Assembly: GCA_026770705.1 (NCBI GenBank) | Contig: JANJGN010002079.1 | Coordinates: forward strand, 1-64,000 | Source of the DNA: Isurus oxyrinchus | Lineage: Eukaryota | Direction of reading: 5' to 3' | Length of the DNA stretch: 64,000 nt | In this document: positions 1 through 7,017 of the stretch, piece by piece | Numbering within the stretch: position 1 is the first letter of the stretch | Layout of the letters: every line of letters begins with the position of its first letter | Translations under genes and position numbers: made by a program | Notes under the pieces: model-generated | Told to the model about the DNA's origin: nothing | The model's input: the letters and a program-made list of their open reading frames with translations, nothing else | Databases searched by the model: none

Positions 1-1507
1 GAGGGGAGGGTCTTCGATGGGAGAGTGAGGGGATTAGAGGGAGGGTCTTCGATGGGAGAGTGAGGGGATTAGAGGGGAGGGTCTTTGATGGGAGAACGAG
101 GGGATTAGAGGGGAGGGTCTTCGATGGGAGAGTGAGGGGATTAGAGGGAGGGTCTTCGATGGGAGAGGAAGGGTCTTCGATGGGAGAGTGAGGGGATTAG
201 AGGAGATGCTCTTCGATGGGAGGGTGAGGGGATTAGAGGGGAGGGTCTTCGATGGGAGAGTGAGGGGATTAGAGGGAGGGTCTTCGATGGGAGAGTGAGG
301 GGATTAGAGGGAGGGTCTTCGATGGGAGAGTGAGGGGATTAGAGGGAGGGTCTTCGATGGGAGAGTGAGGGGATTAGAGGGATGGTCTTCGATGGGAGAG
401 TGAGGGGATTAGAGGGATGGTCTTCGATGGGAGAGTGAGGGGATTAGAGGGATGGGTCTTCGATGGGAGAGTGAGGGGATTAGAGGGGAGGGTCTTCGAT
501 GGGAGAGTGAGGGGATTAGAGGGGATGGTCTTCGATGGGAGAGTGAGGGGATTAGAGGGGGATGGTCTTCGATGGGAGGGTGAGGGGATTAGAGGGATGG
601 TCTTCGATGGGAGGGTGAGGGGATTAGAGGAGATGGTCTTCGATGGGAGGGTGAGGGGATTAGAGGGAGGGTCTTCGATGGGAGAGTGAGGGGATTAGAG
701 GGAGGGTCTTCGATGGGAGAGTGAGGGGATTAGAGGGGAGGGTCTTCGATGGGAGAGTGAGGGGATTAGAGGGAGGGTCTTCGATGGGAGAGTGAGGGGA
801 TTAGAGGGAGGGTCTTCGCTGGGAGAGTGAGGGGATTAGAGGGGAGGGTCTTCGATGGGAGAGTGAGGGGATTAGAGGGATGGTCCTTCGATGGGAGAGT
901 GAGGGGATTAGAGGGATGGTCTTCGATGGGAGAGTGAGGGGATTAGAGGGGAGGGTCTTCGATGGGAGAGTGAGGGGATTAGAGGGAGGGTCTTCGATGG
1001 GAGAGTGAGGGGATTAGAGGGAGGGTCTTCGATGGGAGAGTGAGGGGATTAGAGGGATGGTCTTCGATGGGAGAGTGAGGGGATTAGAGGGATGGTCTTC
1101 GATGGGAGAGTGAGGGGATTAGAGGGAGGGTCTTCGATGGGAGAGTGAGGGGATTAGAGGGAGGGTCTTCGATGGGAGAGTGAGGGGATTAGTGGAGTGT
1201 CTTCGATGGGAGAGTGAGGGGATTAGAGGGATGGTCCTCGATGGGAGAGTGAGGGGATTAGAGGGAGGGTCTTCGATGGGAGAGTGAGGGGATTAGAGGG
1301 AGGGTCTTCGATGGGAGAGTGAGGGGATTAGAGGGGAGGGTCTTCGATGGGAGAGTGAGGGGATTAGAGGGATGGTCTTCGATGGGAGAGTGAGGGGATT
1401 AGAGGGATGGTCTTCGATGGGAGAGTGAGGGGATTAGAGGGGGAGGGTCTTCAATGGGAGAGTGAGGGGATTAGAGGGGATGGTCTTTGCTGGGAGGGTT
1501 GAGGGGG
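1..1507 (+). repeat. G-rich minisatellite, 35-37-bp unit (GGGAGAGTGAGGGGATTAGAGGGA[G/T]GGTCTTCGAT), ~42 copies, open at the window start
   Basis: Directly visible period of 35 (GATGGG at 251 and 286); degenerates at ~1450-1507. Confidence 0.97.
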
Positions 1508-1661
1508 TCCATCCAGTTAGCTCAGCACAGGCCCGGGGTAAGAGCCTGGGCCTCTTCCCTCCGTCTGCAGTGCCTCCATTTCACGACGACTCCATCGTCT
1601 TGACGCAGATGACAGCTCCAGGCCTCAGCGAGGGGTGGGAGGGGCGGCGACCATGACACCC

Positions 1662-1667
1662 CTATCC
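1662..1667 (-). CDS. TAPBPL: Probable terminal exon coding portion (Gly-stop; GGA TAG), followed by 3' UTR
   Basis: Minus strand gttaac-tcccgctctgctttcag|GGA TAG: branch-like TTAAC (1689-1685), pyrimidine tract and CAG|G. This is the best acceptor I see downstream of the 1877 donor and gives a 210-nt intron. Its use is inferred. Confidence 0.55.
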   Translation of the reverse strand, partial: G

Positions 1668-1782
1668 CTGAAAGCAGAGCGGGAGTTAACGCGGCGTGAG
1701 GAGGGGCTAGACGAGGGGAGCACGGCGGTCGGTGGGGGGGTGGGTTTCCGTCGATCGAGCAGACAGGGAAGGCAGGGCTTGG

Positions 1783-1836
1783 CGTCACTTCGAAGAGGCA
1801 GGCTTCCGGGCCTAGTGGAGGCCATTTTGTACGTCA
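1783..1836. promoter_or_regulatory. Possible regulatory motif cluster (CRE half-sites, ETS, YY1) in CpG-rich unique sequence
   Basis: CGTCA 1783-1787, CTTCCGG 1803-1809, GCCATTTTG 1821-1829, TACGTCA 1830-1836. These are motif matches only. Confidence 0.3.
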
Positions 1837-1877
1837 AGCCGGGCAAACAGGCCGGAGGCTTGGCGCGGTCAGCTCAC

Positions 1878-1906
1878 CTTCTTCTGTCCTGTCCCGTTAC
1901 TGGGTC
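1878..1906 (-). CDS. TAPBPL: 29-nt cytoplasmic-tail micro-exon, (G)PSNGTGQKK; extends to 1869 (KKVS-stop) if the donor is not used
   Basis: Branch point CTAAC at 1951-1947, a long (TC)n polypyrimidine tract and tgcag|GA acceptor at 1907/1906. Strong donor AAG|gtgagc at 1878/1877. The phase-1 start matches the TM exon. Confidence 0.75.
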
Positions 1907-2024
1907 CTGCAGAGGGGGGAGGGAGAGAGAGAGAGAGAGGAGACGGGTTAGAGTCCGGGGGGGCTCGAGGTTGAGGCCGTTGAGCTCAGGATGGGGCCGG
2001 GGCCAGCGGCCGGAGGTTTCTTAC

Positions 2025-2108
2025 CCTGAGAGGGTCGGCAGAGGTACAGGAGGGTCAGCAGGAAGAGGACCGAGGAGACGATGAGTCCAGGCATTGCGAT
2101 GGGGTAAC
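2025..2108 (-). CDS. TAPBPL: Transmembrane exon of the same TAPBPR-like gene
   Basis: Acceptor cccttttactcccccccctacag|GT at 2109/2108 and donor CAG G|gtaaga at 2025/2024; 84 nt, phase 1-1, in frame with the IgC exon. Encodes (G)YPIAMPGLIVSSVLFLLTLLYLCRPSQ(G), a ~21-aa hydrophobic stretch followed by Arg. Confidence 0.85.
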
Positions 2109-2189
2109 CTGTAGGGGGGGGAGTAAAAGGGAGGGTCAAGGGGTCAGCCGAACTGAGACGAGGGCTCCCAGAAACAGTGGGGTAAAGGT

Positions 2190-2854
2190 GGGGGGGATTA
2201 ACCCTCTCACCCACCCCCTCCCAGTTACACACACACACACCGGGCAGCCTCTTCCCCTATCGGAGGGGGGATTAACCCTCTTACCCACCCCCTCCCAGTT
2301 ACACACACTCACACACCGGGCAGCCCCTTCCCCTATCGGAGGGGGGATTAACCCTCTCACTCACCTCCTCCCAGTTACACACACACACACACACACCGGG
2401 CAGCCCCTTCCCCTATCAGAGAGGGGATTAACCCTCTCACCCACCCCCTCCCAGTTACACACACACACACACCGGGCAGCCCCTTCCCCTATCGGAGGGG
2501 GGATTAACCCTCTCACCCACCCCCTCCCAGTTACACACACACACACCGGGCAGCCCCTTCCCCTATCGGAGGGGGGGGATTAACCCTCTCACCCACCTCC
2601 TCCCAGTTACACACACACACACCGGGCAGCCCCTTCCCCTATCGGAGGGGGATTAACCCTCTCACCCACCCCCTCCCAGTTACACACACACACACACACA
2701 CACACACACCGGGCAGCCCCTTCCCCTATCGGAGGGGGATTAACCCTCTCACTCACCCCCTCCCAGTTACACACACACACACACACACACACACAACGGG
2801 CAGCCCCTTCCCCTATCAGAGGGGGAATTAACCCTCTCACCCACCCCCTCCCAG

Positions 2855-2887
<33 letters not shown>

Positions 2888-3380
2888 GGGCAGCCCCTTC
2901 CCCTATCGGAGGGGGGATTAACCCTCTCACCCACCCCCTCCCAGTTACACACACACACACACACACACCGGGCAGCCCCTTCCCCTATCGGAGGGGGGTT
3001 TAACCCTCTCACCCACCCCCTCCCAGTTACACACACACACACACCGGGCAGCCCCTTCCCCTATCGGAGGGGGGATTAACCCTCTCACCCACCCCCTCCC
3101 AGTTACACACACACACACACCGGGCAGCCCCTTCCCCTATCGAAGGGGGGATTAACCCTCTCACCCACCCCCTCCCAGTTACACGCACACACACCGGGCA
3201 GCCCCTTCCCCTATCGGAGGGGGGGATTAACCCTCTCACCCACCCCCTCCCAGTTACACACACACACACACACCGGGCAGCCCCTTCCCCTTTCGAAGGG
3301 GGGATTAACCCTCTCACCCACCCCCCTCCCAGTTACACACACACACACACACACCGGGCAGCCCCTTCCCCTATCGGAGG
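2190..3380 (+). repeat. Intronic minisatellite, 15 copies of a 73-90-bp unit with an embedded variable (CA)n: GGGGGATTAACCCTCTCACCCACCCCCTCCCAGTT(AC)nCGGGCAGCCCCTTCCCCTATCGGA
   Basis: 15 TTAACCCT anchors counted between ~2198 and ~3305; fills ~90% of the 1303-nt intron 2109-3411. Confidence 0.96.
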
Positions 3381-3411
3381 GAGAGGGGAGGGGGAGTACC
3401 ACTGCCAGTAC

Positions 3412-3741
3412 CTGTTGGAGCGTGAAGTCGGAGGGAGACACGGAGAGGCTCCTCGAGGGCGATGTGAGTTACCTCGCAGGTGTAGACTGAGGAAGTCCCC
3501 TCGAGGCTGGGAGTGACCGACACCTGCGAAGAGAGGTTGTAGGTCCCGTCCTGATTGCGGCGGTGGCTGGAGTAGGAGACCCCGGGGAGGGCCAGAGGGC
3601 CCTGGTCATCGGCCAGGCTCTCCTGGGACCACTTGACGGACACATCCAGGGGATAGTACCGGGAAATCTCGCAGGCGAGGTCCTGGCGCACCCCCGCCAC
3701 AAAATGCAGGGTCTCCGCCGTCAGCACCGCGTGAGGCGGCT
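3412..3741 (-). CDS. TAPBPL: Internal exon encoding the IgC1 domain of a tapasin-related protein (TAPBPR-like MHC class I chaperone/peptide editor)
   Basis: Minus-strand acceptor tgtgtcttttttacag|AG at 3742/3741 and donor ACA G|gtactg at 3412/3411; 330 nt, phase 1-1 as is typical of Ig exons. Translation: (E)PPHAVLTAETLHFVAGVRQDLACEISRYYPLDVSVKWSQESLADDQGPLALPGVSYSSHRRNQDGTYNLSSQVSVTPSLEGTSSVYTCEVTHIALEEPLRVSLRLHAPT(G). It has the C1-set hallmarks C..YYP..V.W, DGTY and YxCxVxH. The motifs YYPLDV and YTCxVTHIxLEEPL match human TAPBPR as I recall it better than tapasin (FYPSGG). The paralogue call is from recall, not a search. Confidence 0.88.
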
Positions 3742-3787
3742 CTGTAAAAAAGACACACAGAGTCAACCCTCTCCCGGCGGAGAGAGA

Positions 3788-3833
3788 CCCCCCCCCCCCC
3801 CCACCCCCCCCCCCCCCCCCACACCCCCCCCCC
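3788..3833 (+). repeat. Interrupted poly-C tract (poly-G on the pre-mRNA strand)
   Basis: Runs of C15, C17 and C10 separated by A or ACA, ~45 nt upstream of the IgC acceptor. Confidence 0.9.
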
Positions 3834-3856
3834 TCCGCCACCCACTGACCCAACAC

Positions 3857-6800
3857 TCGCTCAGGCCCCTCGCTCAGTCCCCTCGCTCAGTCCCCCACTC
3901 TCTCTCAGTCCCCTCGCTCAGTCCCCTCGCTCAGTCCCCCACTCTCTCTCAGTCCCCTCGCTCAGTCCCCTCGCTCAGTCCCCTCGCTCAGTCCCCCACT
4001 CTCTCTCAGTCCCCTCGCTCAGTCCCCTCGCTCAGTCCCCCACTCTCTCTCAGTCCCCTCGCTCAGTCCCCCACTCTCTCTCAGTCCCCCTCGCTCAGTC
4101 CCCTCGCTCAGTCCCCCACTCTCTCTCAGTCCCCTCGCTCAGTCCCCTCGCTCAGTCCCCCACTCTCTCCCAGTCCCCTCGCTCAGTCCCCTCGCTCAGT
4201 CCCCCTCGCTCAGTCCCCCACTCTCTCTCAGTCCCCTCGCTCAGTCCCCCACTCTCTCTCAGTCCCCTCGCTCAGTCCCCCCACTCTCTCTCAGTCCCCT
4301 CGCTCAGTCCCCCACTCTCTCTCAGTCCCCTCGCTCAGTCCCCTCGCTCAGTCCCCCACTCTCTCTCAGTCCCCTTGCTCAGTCCCCTCGCTCAGTCCCC
4401 TCGCTCAGTCCCCCACTCTCTCTCAGTCCCCTCGCTCAGTCCCCCACTCTCTCTCAGTCCCCCTCGCTCAGTCCCCTCGCTCAGTCCCCCACTCTCTCTC
4501 AGTCCCCTCGCTCAGTCCCCCACTCTCTCTCAGTCCCCTCGCTCAGCTCCCCTCGCTCAGTCCCCCACTCTCTCTCAGTCCCCTCGCTCAGTCCCCTCGC
4601 TCAGTCCCCCACTCTCTCTCTGTCCCCTCGCTCAGTCCCCCACCCTCTCTCAGTCCCCTCGCTCAGTCCCCTCGCTCAGTCCCCCACTCTCTCTCAGTCC
4701 CCTCGCTCAGTCCCCCTCGCTCAGTCCCCCACTCTCTCTCAGTCCCCTCGCTCAGTCCCCTCGCTCAGTCCCCCACTCTCTCTCAGTCCCCTCGCTCAGT
4801 CCCCCACTCTCTCTCAGTCCCCTCGCTCAGTCCCCTCGCTCAGTCCCCCACTCTCTCTCAGTCCCCTCGCTCAGTCCCCCACTCTCTCTCAGTCCCCTCG
4901 CTCAGTCCCCTCGCTCAGTCCCCTCGCTCAGTCCCCCCACTCTCTCTCAGTCCCCTCGCTCAGTCCCCTCGCTCAGTCCCCCTCGCTCAGTCCCCCACTC
5001 TCTCAGTCCCCTCGCTCAGTCCCCCACTCTCTCTCAGTCCCCTCGCTCAGTCCCCTCGCTCAGTACCCTCGCTCAGTCCCCCACTCTCTCTCAGTCCCCT
5101 CGCTCAGTCCCCTCGCTCAGTCCCCCACTCTCTCTCAGTCCCCTCGCTCAGTCCCCTCGCTCAGTCCCCCACTCTCTCTCTGTCCCCTCGCTCAGTCCCC
5201 TCGCTCAGTCCCCCACTCTCTCTCAGTCCCCTCGCTCAGTCCCCTCGCTCAGTCCCCCACTCTCTCTCAGTCCCCTCGCTCAGTCCCCTCGCTCAGTCCC
5301 CTCGCTCAGTCCCCCACTCTCTCTCAGTCCCCTCGCTCAGTCCCCTCGCTCAGTCCCCCACTCTCTCTCAGTCCCCTCGCTCAGTCCCCCACTCTCTCTC
5401 AGTCCCCTCGCTCAGTCCCCTCGCTCAGTCCCCCACTCTCTCTCAGTCCCCTCGCTCAGTCCCCTCGCTCAGTCCCCCACTCTCTCCCAGTCCCCTCGCT
5501 CAGTCCCCTCGCTCAGTCCCCTCGCTCAGTCCCCCACTCTCTCTCAGTCCCCTCGCTCAGTCCCCCACTCTCTCTCAGTCCCCTCGCTCAGTCCCCCACT
5601 CTCTCTCAGTCCCCTCGCTCAGTCCCCCACTCTCTCTCAGTCCCCTCGCTCAGTCCCCTCGCTCAGTCCCCCACTCTCTCTCAGTCCCCTTGCTCAGTCC
5701 CCTCGCTCAGTCCCCTCGCTCAGTCCCCCACTCTCTCTCAGTCCCCTCGCTCAGTCCCCCACTCTCTCTCAGTCCCCTCGCTCAGTCCCCTCGCTCAGTC
5801 CCCTCGCTCAGTCCCCCACTCTCTCTCAGTCCCCTCGCTCAGTCCCCCACTCTCTCTCAGTCCCCTCGCTCAGTCCCCTCGCTCAGTCCCCCACTCTCTC
5901 TCAGTCCCCTCGCTCAGTCCCCCACTCTCTCTCAGTCCCCTCGCTCAGTCCCCTCGCTCAGTCCCCTCGCTCAGTCCCCCACTCTCTCTGTCCCCCTCGC
6001 TCAGTCCCCCACTCTCTCTCAGTCCCCCTCGCTCAGTCCCCTCGCTCAGTCCCCCCACTCTCTCTCAGTCCCCTCGCTCAGTCCCCCACTCTCGCTTAGT
6101 CCCCTCGCTCAGTCCCCTCGCTCAGTCCCCCACTCTCTCTCAGTCCCCTCGCTCAGTCCCCCACTCTCTCTCATTCCCCTCGCTCAGACCGCCACTCTCT
6201 CTCAGTCCCCTCGCTCAGTCCCCCACTCTCTCTCAGTCCCCTCGCTCAGTCCCCCACTCTCTCTCAGTCCCCTCGCTCAGTCCCCTCGCTCAGTCCCCCA
6301 CTCTCTCTCAGACCCCTCGCTCAGTCCCCTCGCTCAGTCCCCCCACTCTCTCTCAGTCCCCTCGCTCAGTCCCCCACTCTCTCTCAGTCCCCTCGCTCAG
6401 TCCCCTCGCTCAGTCCCCCACTCTCTCAGTCCCCTCGCTCAGTCCCCTCGCTCAGTCCCCCACTCTCTCTCAGTCCCCTCGCTCAGTCCCCTCGCTCAGT
6501 CCCCCACTCTCTCTCCGTCCCCTCGCTCAGTCCCCCACTCTCTCTCAGTCCCCTCGCTCAGTCCCCTCACTCAGTCCCCTCGCTCAGTCCCCCACTCTCT
6601 CTCAGTCCCCTCGCTCAGTCCCCTCGGTCAGTCCCCCACTCTCTCTCAGTCCCCTCGCTCAGTCCCCCACTCTCTCTCAGTCCCCTCGCTCAGTCCCCCA
6701 CTCTCTCTCAGTCCCCTCGCTCAGTCCCCCACTCTCTCTCAGTCCCCTCGCTCAGTCCCCCACTCTCTCTCAGTCCCCTCGCTCAGTCCCCCACTCTCTC

Positions 6801-7017
6801 TCAGTCCCCTCGCTCAGTCCCCTCGCTCAGTCCCCCACTCTCTCTCAGTCCCCTCGCTCAGTCCCCTCGCTCAGTCCCCCACTCTCTCTCAGTCCCCTCG
6901 CTCAGTCCCCGACTCTCTCTCAGTCCCCTCGCTCAGTCCCCCACTCTCTCTCAGTCCCCTCGCTCAGTCCCCGACTCTCTCTCAGTCCCCTCGCTCAGTC
7001 CCCCACTCTCTCTCAGT
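3857..7017 (+). repeat. Two-monomer minisatellite: A = CTCAGTCCCCTCG (13 bp) and B = CTCAGTCCCCCACTCTCT (18 bp), interspersed as AB/AAB/AAAB
   Basis: Directly visible over ~3.16 kb; strongly pyrimidine-rich on the + strand. Confidence 0.96.

Noticed and set aside
1-3380. Telomere-like words (TTAGAGGG in array 1, TAACCCT in array 2)
   Set aside because: There is only one imperfect or isolated hexamer per unit and no tandem (TTAGGG)n.
417-3441. Short ORFs in the 35-bp and (CA)n arrays and + strand ORFs 1462-1656 and 1635-2084
   Set aside because: They are repeat-derived or GC-rich antisense frames with no recognisable domain.
3412-3741. Assignment as MHC class I/II, immunoglobulin/TCR constant region or classical tapasin
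   Set aside because: YYPLDV, SSHRxNxDGTY and VTHIALEEPL fit TAPBPR-type proteins. The TM lacks the tapasin lysine and the charged residues of TCR chains. A formal search is still needed.
3742-3856. Poly-Gly N-terminus of ORF 3371..3856
   Set aside because: This is intronic poly-G read-through upstream of the 3742 acceptor. The C-terminal TGSGTPPPLSLR is likewise intronic.
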